From: Nitrospirota bacterium
GTDB lineage: Bacteria > Nitrospirota > UBA9217
Assembly (NCBI GenBank): GCA_963740085.1
Contig: CAVUCU010000001.1
Coordinates: 1,344,001 to 1,408,000, forward strand
Direction: 5' to 3'
Length of the DNA: 64,000 bases
Part shown: positions 8,530-17,948 of the stretch, one piece after another
Layout of the letters: every line of letters begins with the position of its first letter
Position numbering within the stretch: the first letter of the stretch is position 1
Made by a program: the position numbers and the translations under genes
Notes under the pieces: model-generated
The model's input: the letters and a program-made list of their open reading frames with translations, nothing else
What the model was told of the DNA's origin: nothing
Databases searched by the model: none

Positions 8530-9795
8530 GTGAGTGACATGAGCATTTTTTCCTGGTTCGATGAAAGGCTGGATCTCAGGAAGTTCAAGGCGAAATTCCT
8601 GGTCAAGACGTTTCCAACCCATCCCACTTTTTTGCTCGGAGAACTGGCGCTGTTTTCCTTTGTCACGCTTGCGGCAACGGGCCTCTTTCTCGGCTTTCTC
8701 TACGAGCCCTCGACGAAAATGGTCTCGTTGTTCGGGGCCATGGTCCCGGCGGCTTATGCGAGCGTGGTAAAAATAGACATCCTGCCTTTCGGCATGATCA
8801 TGCGGCGTATTCATCACTGGTCGGCTATGCTCATGATCGCCGCCATTCTTGCGCACCTGATGAGGATTTACTTCACTTCGGCGTACCGGAAACCGCGGGA
8901 GATCAACTGGCTGATCGGGCTCGGGCTGCTGGGAACGGCGATGGTTGCCGCCTTTACCGGGTATTTATTGCCCTACAGTCAATTCTCGGTGACGGCCACC
9001 TCGATAGCCTATTACGTGTCGAAGTCGGTGCCGTGGGTCGGGGATTGGGCCGCAAGGCTCCTCTTTGCCGGCGAGTTCCCTTCGGACGGGACGGTCCCCC
9101 GCTTCTTCTTCATTCACGTTATGTTGATTCCGGCGGCGCTTATCGGACTCATCGGCCTTCACCTGCTCATCATCATAAAACAGAAGCATACGGAACCCCG
9201 GTCCAACAGGAACCGGAAAGAAGCACAGGGAGGCCGGAGGCTGATCGGAATTCCGGTCTGGCCGGAGCAGGGCGTGATCAGCCTGTCCTTTTACCTGTTC
9301 TTGCTTTTCGTGGTCGTTTTGATGGCGACCTACATCCCCCTGAACCCGATAGAAACGTACGGTCCACCGTCACCCGGAACTCCCGTTATGCGGCCTGACT
9401 GGTACTTTCTTCCTGTATACGGTTTTTTAAAATTGATACCCGGTGACCTGTCCTTCACTGTTCTGGGAGGAAATATTACACCCGAAACCATCGGCGGGGT
9501 CGTGTTCCCGGGATTGCTGTTCCTTGTTCTTGCATTGATCCCATTTCTCGACAGGGCAAGAGAGCCGCAGAATTATATCGAAAATCCGCTTCACCGGCCC
9601 TTTATGACGTCCCTCGGCGTCGGGGGCGGCGTTTTCCTCGGTATGACGGCCGCGGCAGGCTACATAGACGTGCTCCATATTACGCCAGGGAGAATGACGA
9701 TCTATGCGATCTTCGCGGCGTTGGCGGCGTGGAGCATCAGTTACGCGCTGCTGCGGCGATATAGCAGAAGGAGAATCGACCATGCCAAGACTTGA
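8530..9795 (+). CDS. Cytochrome b subunit (unsplit) of a Rieske/cytochrome b complex
   Basis: Heme b His pairs in RRIHHWSA...LAHLMR and FIHV...LHL; YRKPREINW, FTGYLLP and Qo motif PDWY. Confidence 0.95.
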   Translation: MSDMSIFSWFDERLDLRKFKAKFLVKTFPTHPTFLLGELALFSFVTLAATGLFLGFLYEPSTKMVSLFGAMVPAAYASVVKIDILPFGMIMRRIHHWSAMLMIAAILAHLMRIYFTSAYRKPREINWLIGLGLLGTAMVAAFTGYLLPYSQFSVTATSIAYYVSKSVPWVGDWAARLLFAGEFPSDGTVPRFFFIHVMLIPAALIGLIGLHLLIIIKQKHTEPRSNRNRKEAQGGRRLIGIPVWPEQGVISLSFYLFLLFVVVLMATYIPLNPIETYGPPSPGTPVMRPDWYFLPVYGFLKLIPGDLSFTVLGGNITPETIGGVVFPGLLFLVLALIPFLDRAREPQNYIENPLHRPFMTSLGVGGGVFLGMTAAAGYIDVLHITPGRMTIYAIFAALAAWSISYALLRRYSRRRIDHAKT

Positions 9796-10537
9796 TCATA
9801 TGCTTGTTTGCGCGCTTATATCGTTCAGCGTGCTCATTTTCTCCGCATCGGCGAATGCCGCCGATGCCGGCAAAACGGATAATACCTGCGTCGCTTGCCA
9901 TTCCGGGCTTCCGGGCAGCAGCTTTGTAGGCGTAAAATCCCACAGCTGGAGGGGATCAATTCATCAGAAACGCGGAGTGACGTGTGACAAATGCCACGGA
10001 GGAAATCCACGCGCCCCGGAGCAGAAAGCGGCCCATCAAGGTGTCCTCGGCTCCAGCGATTCCCAAAGCACGGTTTACTTCAAGAATATTCCGGCCACCT
10101 GCGGCAAATGTCACGGCGCCGAGTTTTATAAGTTCGGCCAGAGCCTGCACTACAAGATGCTGGAATCGACGGGAAAGGGCCCCGATTGTGTGACCTGCCA
10201 CGGTTCGATGGTCAACAGTATTTTAACACCGGACACAATCGCGGCTTTGTGCGAGCAGTGCCACAACGAGAGGATGGGCATCTTCCCGTACATCCCGCAG
10301 AAGGCGAAGGCGGTGCTTCTTTTACTGAGGGAGAGCACGGCCCTTCTCGACGCGGACGCGAAGCGTTATCGCCCTGCAGATGGAACTGCGAAGGCGCGCC
10401 ACCTGCGCGACGCCCGGACATCTCTACACTCCGCCCGAACGGATTGGCACAAGTTCGACCTTGATACGGTCACAGGACACTTGCAGAAAATGTATAATTC
10501 CCTGGAAAAGTTGTCCCCGGAAAAATCGCGCCAATAG
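9782..10537 (+). CDS. Soluble periplasmic pentaheme c-type cytochrome
   Basis: Signal peptide ending ANA, five CxxCH motifs (CVACH, CDKCH, CGKCH, CVTCH, CEQCH), helical C-terminus without a TM; AGGAG RBS before ATG 9782. Confidence 0.88.
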   Translation: MPRLDHMLVCALISFSVLIFSASANAADAGKTDNTCVACHSGLPGSSFVGVKSHSWRGSIHQKRGVTCDKCHGGNPRAPEQKAAHQGVLGSSDSQSTVYFKNIPATCGKCHGAEFYKFGQSLHYKMLESTGKGPDCVTCHGSMVNSILTPDTIAALCEQCHNERMGIFPYIPQKAKAVLLLLRESTALLDADAKRYRPADGTAKARHLRDARTSLHSARTDWHKFDLDTVTGHLQKMYNSLEKLSPEKSRQ

Positions 10538-10851
10538 CGCGTGCAGGGCATGTAAAAAGAGATTTGGACCGTTCCCTTCAACCAAAGAGGCATGCTTCAC
10601 ATTCACTGTCTGGCTGACGCCGCCGGCATCGTGATGGCGGCAGTGAACTTCTCCTCTTGAGCTTTCGTCCCTTCATGAACAGGGTTTGGAATATAAGTAC
10701 CCTGAACGTGAAGCCTGCCGAAATTCCATGTTCGAGCCTGACAGTGCGTGGATGGCGTACTTCATGAAAGACGTAGTCGCCGTGGTACAGAAAGGCGCTC
10801 ATTTTTTCGTATGAGCGGTGCGTGATGCTTCTCCGGCATCGGGAGGAATTG

Positions 10852-13323
10852 ATGAACGTCAAAGACCCGGTTTGCGGAATGACCATAGGAGAAGAGGATG
10901 CGGCGGGTACATCCACTTACCAGGGGAAGACATACTACTTCTGCTCGACCTCGTGCAAGGAAAAGTTCGATCAGGACCCTGAAGTCTATGCAAAAGAAGA
11001 GGCGTTGGAAGGAAAACAACAGGCTGCAGGAACCTGCCCGACGTGCAGCAGGCCGCTGATCCCTGACGAACCGCATACGCATTCCGCCAAACCCGAGTGG
11101 ACCTGTCCCATGCACCCGGAGGTCCGTCAGCCCGGTTCCGGCGCCTGCCCCAAGTGCGGCATGGCGCTCGAACCCGTTGAACCTGCCCCTGCGTCAACAG
11201 CATCATCGAAAATCGAATGGACCTGCCCCATGCACCCGGAGATCGTGCGCGACAAAGCGGGGGCCTGCCCTAAATGCGGCATGGCGCTGGAGCAGAAGAC
11301 GGTTTCTCTTGACGAGGAGGAGAACCCGGAGCTGATCGACATGATCCGGAAGTTCAAGGTCGGCGTCGTTCTTACGATCCCGCTGGTCTATATCGCCATG
11401 GGGAGCATGGTCCCGGCCATCTCTCCGGACAAGTTCATACCCGTGGGGTGGCTGAAGTGGCTGGAACTGGTCCTGGCGACCCCCGTGGTCCTCTGGGGCG
11501 GCTGGTCGTTCTTTGTGCGCGGATGGCGGTCCATCGTTACCTGGAACCCCAACATGTTCACGCTCATCGGACTGGGCACGGGCGTCGCATACTCATACAG
11601 CGTTGTGGCGGCGCTGTTCCCCGGGATCTTTCCCGCGTCCTTTCGCGGCAAAGGCGGTGCAGTAGGGACCTACTTCGAGGCATCGGCGTCGATTACGACC
11701 CTGGTACTGATGGGCCAGGTACTCGAACTCCGCGCGCGCAGCAAGACGGGTACGGCCATCAAGGCCCTGCTCGGCCTTGCGCCCAAGACCGCGCGGCGCG
11801 TGAAAGACGGGACCGAGGAGGACGTACCGCTTGAACAGGTCCAGGCAGGCGATCAGCTGCGCGTGCGGCCCGGTGAAAAGGTGCCGGTAGACGGCGTGGT
11901 CATCGAAGGAACAAGCGCCATCGACGAATCCATGGTCACGGGCGAACCTATCCCGGTGGAAAAAAATGCCGGCGACCGCGTTGTCGGCGCTACCGTGAAC
12001 GGTACAGGCTCGTTTGTCATGAAGGCAGAGAAGGTCGGTTCCGAGACGCTGCTTGCGCAGATCGTTCATATGGTGGCTCAGGCCCAGCGCAGCCGGGCGC
12101 CCATCCAGAAGCTCGCGGATATCATTGCGGGTTATTTTGTGCAGATCGTGGTCTCGATCGCAGTCCTTACGTTCCTGGTGTGGGCCTGGGTCGGGCCCGA
12201 GCCCCGCTTCGTCTATGGGCTCGTGAATGCGGTTGCGGTGCTGATCATCGCCTGTCCGTGCGCCCTGGGGCTCGCGACGCCCGTGTCCATTATGGTGGCC
12301 ATGGGCAAAGGCGCCAATGGAGGCGTGCTGTTCAAGAACGCCGAGGCCATCGAGCTGATGCGGAAAGTGGACACGCTCGTGGTCGACAAGACCGGAACGC
12401 TCACCGAAGGCAAGCCGAAATTGACTGAAGTGGCGTCGAATGACGGATACGACGAGAAATCGATACTTTTGTACGCTTCGAGCATCGAGCAGGGCAGCGA
12501 GCATCCCCTTGCGGCGGCTATCGTAGAAGGCGCGAAGGGAAAAGGCGTAACCCCGAAAAAGGCAGAGGACTTCAAGTCCAGGACCGGTAAAGGCGTTACC
12601 GGGAAAGTGGACGGTCATGATGTCGCGCTCGGCAACCAGGCCCTTCTCGATGAGCTGAACATAGACCCCGGTGGATTATCCGGAAAGGCCGAGGAACTGA
12701 GAAAGGACGGACAGACCGTCATGTTCGTTGCCGTGGACGGAAAGGCTGCCGGGCTCCTGGGGGTGGCCGATCCGATCAAGGGAACTACGGCCGAAGCGAT
12801 CAAACAGCTTCACGAGGAAGGCGTCAGGATCGTTATGATCACGGGCGACAACAAGACCACGGCTGAGGCGGTCTCGAAAAAACTGGGGCTCGACGAGGTG
12901 ATCGCGGGCGTGCTGCCAGACCAGAAGGTCGAAGCGGTGAAGCGCCTGCAGGGCGAAGGACGCTTCGTTGCCATGGCCGGCGACGGCATCAACGACGCCC
13001 CTGCCCTTGCCCAGGCCCAGGTGGGCATTGCCATGGGCACGGGTACGGACGTGGCAATGAAGAGCGCGGGCGTGACGCTCGTAAAGGGCGACCTTCGCGG
13101 TATCCTGCGCGCACGGCTCCTCTCCCGGGCCACGATGAAGAACATCAAGCAGAACCTGTTCTTTGCCTTTGTCTACAATGCCATCGGCATTCCCGTTGCC
13201 GCCGGCGTGCTGTACCCGTTCTTCGGCATCCTGCTCAGTCCCATTTTTGCCGCGGCGGCGATGAGTTTCAGCTCGGTATCGGTGATCGGAAACGCCTTGA
13301 GACTTCGAAGGGCAAAAATCTGA
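10852..13323 (+). CDS. copA: Copper-translocating P1B-type ATPase with YHS and two CPMHP metal-binding domains
   Basis: [34 protein letters not shown] and MSFSS (P1B-1 Cu+ signature). Confidence 0.95.
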   Translation: MNVKDPVCGMTIGEEDAAGTSTYQGKTYYFCSTSCKEKFDQDPEVYAKEEALEGKQQAAGTCPTCSRPLIPDEPHTHSAKPEWTCPMHPEVRQPGSGACPKCGMALEPVEPAPASTASSKIEWTCPMHPEIVRDKAGACPKCGMALEQKTVSLDEEENPELIDMIRKFKVGVVLTIPLVYIAMGSMVPAISPDKFIPVGWLKWLELVLATPVVLWGGWSFFVRGWRSIVTWNPNMFTLIGLGTGVAYSYSVVAALFPGIFPASFRGKGGAVGTYFEASASITTLVLMGQVLELRARSKTGTAIKALLGLAPKTARRVKDGTEEDVPLEQVQAGDQLRVRPGEKVPVDGVVIEGTSAIDESMVTGEPIPVEKNAGDRVVGATVNGTGSFVMKAEKVGSETLLAQIVHMVAQAQRSRAPIQKLADIIAGYFVQIVVSIAVLTFLVWAWVGPEPRFVYGLVNAVAVLIIACPCALGLATPVSIMVAMGKGANGGVLFKNAEAIELMRKVDTLVVDKTGTLTEGKPKLTEVASNDGYDEKSILLYASSIEQGSEHPLAAAIVEGAKGKGVTPKKAEDFKSRTGKGVTGKVDGHDVALGNQALLDELNIDPGGLSGKAEELRKDGQTVMFVAVDGKAAGLLGVADPIKGTTAEAIKQLHEEGVRIVMITGDNKTTAEAVSKKLGLDEVIAGVLPDQKVEAVKRLQGEGRFVAMAGDGINDAPALAQAQVGIAMGTGTDVAMKSAGVTLVKGDLRGILRARLLSRATMKNIKQNLFFAFVYNAIGIPVAAGVLYPFFGILLSPIFAAAAMSFSSVSVIGNALRLRRAKI
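11095..11292 (+). repeat. Intragenic duplication of the WTCPMHP...CPKCGMALE domain (120-nt offset)
   Basis: tggacctg(t/c)cccatgcacccggag...gcctgccc(c/t)aa(g/a)tgcggcatggcgct occurs at about 11098 and 11218. Confidence 0.8.
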
Positions 13324-13361
13324 ATGCGCTGGAAATAATATCAATCGAGAGGAGGAAAACC

Positions 13362-13583
13362 ATGAAAAAGCGTCTACTCACAGCATCTGCAATTGTACTT
13401 ATGACAGCCACGGCTCATGCTCAGATGAGTGGTGGCCATAATGATGGAATGATGGGTGGTGGCCACGGTGATGGAATGATGGGTGGTAATTGGGGCTGGG
13501 GAATGGGCTATGGATGGGGTTTCGGGATCATTATCGTGATTCTCGTTGTTTTTGTTGTCGTTTATATGATGAAAAAAAAGTAA
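13362..13583 (+). CDS. Small exported Gly/His/Met-rich membrane-anchored protein, putative Cu-binding
   Basis: AGGAGG RBS, signal peptide ending AHA, tandem GGH(N/G)DGMMG, C-terminal TM followed by KKK. Confidence 0.75.
   Translation: MKKRLLTASAIVLMTATAHAQMSGGHNDGMMGGGHGDGMMGGNWGWGMGYGWGFGIIIVILVVFVVVYMMKKK
13431..13484 (+). repeat. 27-nt tandem repeat, two copies, encoding GGHxDGMMG
   Basis: ggtggccataatgatggaatgatgggt followed by ggtggccacggtgatggaatgatgggt. Confidence 0.85.
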
Positions 13584-13632
13584 AAACCTGAAAGACATGA
13601 AACGCTCTGTTCCGCTGAGTCAAGGAGGGAGA

Positions 13633-13881
13633 ATGATTACTACCCTGGTGGTCGTACTGATTGCCGTCGCTGTTATCTTTTCAGTTCAGAACGCCTCGCC
13701 CGTCGCCCTTTCGTTCCTTTTCTGGCATTTCGAGGCATCACTTGCCATAGTTGTTTTGCTTACGCTGGTGATGGGGATGATCATCGGTATGGCCATACTA
13801 TCCTGGTCGCGCGTAAAACGAACGATGCGAAAGAAAAAGGAACTTCCGGGAGATAGGACGGGGTCTTCAATGCCGTCGTGA
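13633..13881 (+). CDS. LapA (DUF1049) family small membrane protein
   Basis: IFSVQN..PV.LSFLFW.FEASLA pattern, two TM helices, basic tail; AAGGAGG RBS. Confidence 0.8.
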   Translation: MITTLVVVLIAVAVIFSVQNASPVALSFLFWHFEASLAIVVLLTLVMGMIIGMAILSWSRVKRTMRKKKELPGDRTGSSMPS

Positions 13882-13943
13882 CTGACCGATGCGGGTTCGT
13901 ACCGTGCCTTGCCTGGACGGTATCCCTGGAGAATTAATACAAG

Positions 13944-16499
13944 ATGAACCGCAAGGTCGTCAACACACTTGGCTCGTTTGCCGGATTGCTCCTTTTCCTC
14001 ATCGCCCTCTGGGTCCTGCACCATGTGCTTTCGGGGTATCACTACAGGGACCTCGCTGCGGGAGCACGCGCCGTTCCCGCACGACGTTTGTTTTTCGCAC
14101 TGCTGCTCACGGCCCTGAATTATTTCGTCCTGACCGGCTATGACTCCCTTGCGTTCCGTTACATCCACCGCACCCTCGCGTACAGCAAGATCGCCTTCGC
14201 GTCGTTCATCGGCTATGCCTTCAGCAACAATATCGGTTTGTCCATGCTTGCGGGCAGCTCGGTCCGCTACCGGTTGTACACGTCCTGGGGCCTCTCGGTA
14301 CTGGAGATCACGAAAATGGTGGCCTTTTACACCGCGACGCTCTGGCTCGGGCTCTTTTTCACGGGAGGTCTCGCCTTCGTGGCTGAACCGATCGCATTGC
14401 CGTCCCTGATGGATCTGCCCTTTACCTCGGCACGCCCGTTGGGTATTGTCTTCCTCATCATAGTGTTTGGATACATCGGCTTGAGCGCGATCCGCAGAAA
14501 GCCGTTCACGATCCTGAATCGCGAGATCGAACTCCCTTCGGCGCTCCTTTCCGTGACGCAGATCGCACTATCGTCCCTTGACTGGTTGCTTGCCGGATCA
14601 GTCCTCTATGTCCTCCTGCCGGAAGTTTCCGTGCTTACATTTCCGGGCTTTATCGGTATTTATCTTCTTGCCCAAGTAGCCGGTCTGGTGAGCCAGGTAC
14701 CCGGCGGACTGGGGGTGTTCGAGATAATCGTTCTCCTGCTTCTGCCTCCCGGGGTCCCGGCCCCCCGGGCAGTGGGAGCGCTTCTCCTCTATCGGGGCAT
14801 CTACTACCTGCTTCCGCTCATCATTGCGGCGGTGATGATGGGGATGTATGAGCTGGCTGCCGCGAGGTCGCCGGTCAAGGGTCTGGTCAGGTTCATGGGC
14901 CAGGAGATATCGGCCATTGCTCCCCGGGTGCTGTCGATCATCATTTTCGTGGGTGGCGCGTTGCTCTTGTTTTCGGGAGCGACGCCCGAGTTTCCTTCAC
15001 GGCTGGAGTGGCTTACGGACATCCTCCCCTTGCCTTTTCTGGAGGTATCACACTTTCTCGGCAGTCTTGCCGGCGTGGCTCTGCTGCTCCTGGCGCGCGG
15101 CATCCAGCGCAGGCTGGACGCAGCATATAATCTCACGCTTGTCCTGCTCGGAGCAGGCATCCTGTTCTCCCTGGTCAAGGGATTCGATTACGAAGAGGCC
15201 TTTATCCTGGCCATCATGCTCGGCGCGCTTCTCCCGAGCAGGAGGTTCTTTTATCGCCGCGCGTCGCTCCTGAGCCAGGGCTTTTCCGCGGGATGGATCA
15301 TGTCCATCGTGGCAGTCCTCGCCGGCTCTGTCTGGCTGGGGTTTTTCTCCTATCGTCACCTCGAATACTCCCAAAGATTATGGTGGCAATTCACCCTTGA
15401 TGGCGATGCGCCGCGGTTCCTGCGTGCCACGGTCGGGGTGATGACGCTCACCGTGATCCTGGGCGCGGTGCGGCTCCTCCGGCCGGCGCTGCGGGAACCG
15501 CCGACGATCGGCAGCGACGATAGAAAGCAAGTCCGTTCCATTGTCTCGGCCAGCACGGACACGACGGCGAACCTGGCGCTGTTGGGGGATAAAAGGTTTC
15601 TGTTCAGTGAAAGCGGGAAATCATTCATTATGTATGACATCGAGGGAAGGAGCTGGGTCGCCATGGGGGACCCGGTAGGACCCGAGGAAGAACGAAAGGA
15701 TCTGGGCTGGCGCTTCCGGGAGATGTGCGACCGCGATGGCGGATGGCCGGTCTTTTACGAAGTCGGGAAGGAAAACCTCTATCTGTATATCGATCTTGGA
15801 CTTACGCCCCTCAAGCTCGGCGAAGAGGCGAGAGTGCCACTCATGAATTTCTCCCTTGAAGGCAAGGGCCGGAAAGATCTGCGCTATGCGCATATGCGCG
15901 CTGCGCGCGAAGGTGCGGTGTTTTCGGTCGTGCCCGCGGCCGGCGTTCCGCCGCTCCTGCCCGAGCTCAGGAAGATTTCCGAGGCCTGGCTTGCGGCAAA
16001 GAACACGCGAGAGAAGCGGTTCTCCCTGGGGTATTTCAATGAGATCTATCTGCGGGAGTTCCCCGTGGCCGTTGTCAGGAGAGATGGTCACATCATAGCG
16101 TTTTCCAATATCTGGCAGGGAGCGGCCCGGGAAGAGCTCTCCATCGACCTCATGCGTCACGTCCCCGGCACGCCGGGCGGGCTCATGGAATTCCTCTTTG
16201 TAGAGCTGATGCTTTGGGGAAAAGAGCAAGGTTATCGCCGCTTCAACCTCGGCATAGCGCCGCTCGCGGGCCTCGAGGACCGGGCCCTTGCTCCTCTCTG
16301 GAACCGCCTGGGAGCCCAGCTCTTTCGTCACGGAGAGCATTTCTACAACTTCAAAGGACTGCGGCAGTTCAAGGAGCATTTCGACCCGGAGTGGGAGCCG
16401 AAATATCTCGTCTTTCCCCGGGGCTTTCTCCTGCCGCGCATTCTGGCGAACCTCGCCTCTCTTATATCCGGAGGTTTTACCGGGGTAATCAAAAAATGA
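13944..16499 (+). CDS. mprF: Bifunctional lysylphosphatidylglycerol flippase/synthetase MprF
   Basis: Multi-TM N-terminal part with VPGGLGVFE; C-terminal domain with GDPVG, LGEEA, EKRFSLG, DLMR and FYNFKGLRQFKE.FDPEWEPKYL. Confidence 0.95.
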   Translation: MNRKVVNTLGSFAGLLLFLIALWVLHHVLSGYHYRDLAAGARAVPARRLFFALLLTALNYFVLTGYDSLAFRYIHRTLAYSKIAFASFIGYAFSNNIGLSMLAGSSVRYRLYTSWGLSVLEITKMVAFYTATLWLGLFFTGGLAFVAEPIALPSLMDLPFTSARPLGIVFLIIVFGYIGLSAIRRKPFTILNREIELPSALLSVTQIALSSLDWLLAGSVLYVLLPEVSVLTFPGFIGIYLLAQVAGLVSQVPGGLGVFEIIVLLLLPPGVPAPRAVGALLLYRGIYYLLPLIIAAVMMGMYELAAARSPVKGLVRFMGQEISAIAPRVLSIIIFVGGALLLFSGATPEFPSRLEWLTDILPLPFLEVSHFLGSLAGVALLLLARGIQRRLDAAYNLTLVLLGAGILFSLVKGFDYEEAFILAIMLGALLPSRRFFYRRASLLSQGFSAGWIMSIVAVLAGSVWLGFFSYRHLEYSQRLWWQFTLDGDAPRFLRATVGVMTLTVILGAVRLLRPALREPPTIGSDDRKQVRSIVSASTDTTANLALLGDKRFLFSESGKSFIMYDIEGRSWVAMGDPVGPEEERKDLGWRFREMCDRDGGWPVFYEVGKENLYLYIDLGLTPLKLGEEARVPLMNFSLEGKGRKDLRYAHMRAAREGAVFSVVPAAGVPPLLPELRKISEAWLAAKNTREKRFSLGYFNEIYLREFPVAVVRRDGHIIAFSNIWQGAAREELSIDLMRHVPGTPGGLMEFLFVELMLWGKEQGYRRFNLGIAPLAGLEDRALAPLWNRLGAQLFRHGEHFYNFKGLRQFKEHFDPEWEPKYLVFPRGFLLPRILANLASLISGGFTGVIKK

Positions 16500-17902
16500 G
16501 ACGATCGTCCCCCCATTTCATCGTGATCGCGGCCCTTCTCCTGCTCTTCTGCAACGGCGTCTCCGCCGGCGAGGAGTCCTTTGCTTTCGGCCCGTTCGGG
16601 AGGGTCTTCCTTTACGGCTGGCAGACGAAACCATCGACGGTTGTGCTCCTTATTTCCGGTGACGGTGGATGGAACAAGGGTGTCGTCGACATGGCGCGTG
16701 AGCTCAGCAGTCTGGGTTCGGTCGTCGTGGGCGTGGATATCACGCGCTATCTCAAAAGCCTTTCATCGTCGAGCGGAACGTGCTCGTACCCGGCGGCTGA
16801 TTTTGAGACGTTGAGCAAATACGTGCAGAAGAAGCTGAATTACCCGTACTATACGCTTCCCATTCTCGTTGGCTATTCGTCCGGGGCCGCGCTGGTCTAT
16901 GCCGTGCTGGCGCAAGCGCCTCCGAACACCTTCCGGGGCGGCATCAGCATGGGGTTCTGTCCCGAGCTGAAACTTCGCAAGCCGCTCTGCAGGGGACAGG
17001 GACTCGACGCAAAACCGGGGATTCCCGGAAAGGGAGCGTTATTCCTGCCGGACAGAAAACTTGAGACACCCTGGATCGTCTTGCAGGGAGCGATCGATGA
17101 AGTCTGCGGCGCGGACGGAGCGAGGTCCTTCGTACGCATGATACCCGAAGCTGACATCGTTACTTTGCCGAAGGTTGGACACGGGTTTTCTGTAAAGAGA
17201 AACTGGATGCCTGAATTTAAAAATACCTTTGAACGGTTGAAGAACGACAAAGAGGTCGCGAACACAATGAACACTTCCCTGAACGACCTGCCGATCGTCG
17301 AGGTCCCTGCACAGGAAGGATCTTCCGACTTCTTCGCGGTCATCATCTCCGGCGATGGAGGATGGGCGGGGCTGGACCGGGAGGTTGGGGACGCGCTTGC
17401 CCAGCACGGCGTCCCGGTGGTAGGATTGAACTCCCTCCGGTATTTCTGGACCAAACGCACCCCTGAAGGCGCTTCGGAAGACCTCGCCCGGATACTCCGG
17501 CATTATCAACATGCATGGAACAGGAATACTGTTGTACTTGTCGGCTATTCCCTGGGCGCGGACGTACTTCCCTTCATGGCAAATCGCCTGCCTGCCGGCC
17601 TGCTCGACCACGTGCGCGAGATCGTCCTCCTCGGTCCGGGCAGAAAAACAGAATTCGAATTTCATCTTTCGGACTGGCTGTCCGGCATGGAAGATGCTTC
17701 GGCAAAACCTCTTTTGCCTGAACTCGAAAAGCTGCGTGGGAAAAGAATGCTCTGTCTGTATGGTGCCGGGGAGAAGGACAGCCTCTGTCCCGAGTTGGGA
17801 CATGATCTGGCCGAATCGATGCGTATGCCCGGTGGACACCATTTCGGCGGGCAATACGAATCAATTGCAGGGATGATTCTTAAGAGAATTGAGGGCAAAT
17901 AA
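16496..17902 (+). CDS. acvB: AcvB/VirJ family lysyl-phosphatidylglycerol hydrolase
   Basis: Two alpha/beta-hydrolase repeats, each with SGDGGW (nucleophile motifs GYSSG and GYSLG), C-terminal GGHHF; ATGA overlap with the mprF stop. Confidence 0.9.
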   Translation: MRRSSPHFIVIAALLLLFCNGVSAGEESFAFGPFGRVFLYGWQTKPSTVVLLISGDGGWNKGVVDMARELSSLGSVVVGVDITRYLKSLSSSSGTCSYPAADFETLSKYVQKKLNYPYYTLPILVGYSSGAALVYAVLAQAPPNTFRGGISMGFCPELKLRKPLCRGQGLDAKPGIPGKGALFLPDRKLETPWIVLQGAIDEVCGADGARSFVRMIPEADIVTLPKVGHGFSVKRNWMPEFKNTFERLKNDKEVANTMNTSLNDLPIVEVPAQEGSSDFFAVIISGDGGWAGLDREVGDALAQHGVPVVGLNSLRYFWTKRTPEGASEDLARILRHYQHAWNRNTVVLVGYSLGADVLPFMANRLPAGLLDHVREIVLLGPGRKTEFEFHLSDWLSGMEDASAKPLLPELEKLRGKRMLCLYGAGEKDSLCPELGHDLAESMRMPGGHHFGGQYESIAGMILKRIEGK

Positions 17903-17948
17903 GGATATTCTCAACTTCTCCGTGGCAAGAAAGAGAGGGGCCGCATCA

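Noticed and set aside
10578-10916. 112-aa minus-strand ORF between the cytochrome gene and copA
   Set aside because: Overlaps the copA start, has no RBS or recognisable motif.
16214-16495. N-terminal extensions given by the ORF track for acvB (also for ctpA, ubiB, degQ, M16, both cytochromes and 19213..20241)
   Set aside because: The extensions overlap neighbouring genes or precede clear RBS or signal-peptide starts, so downstream starts were used.
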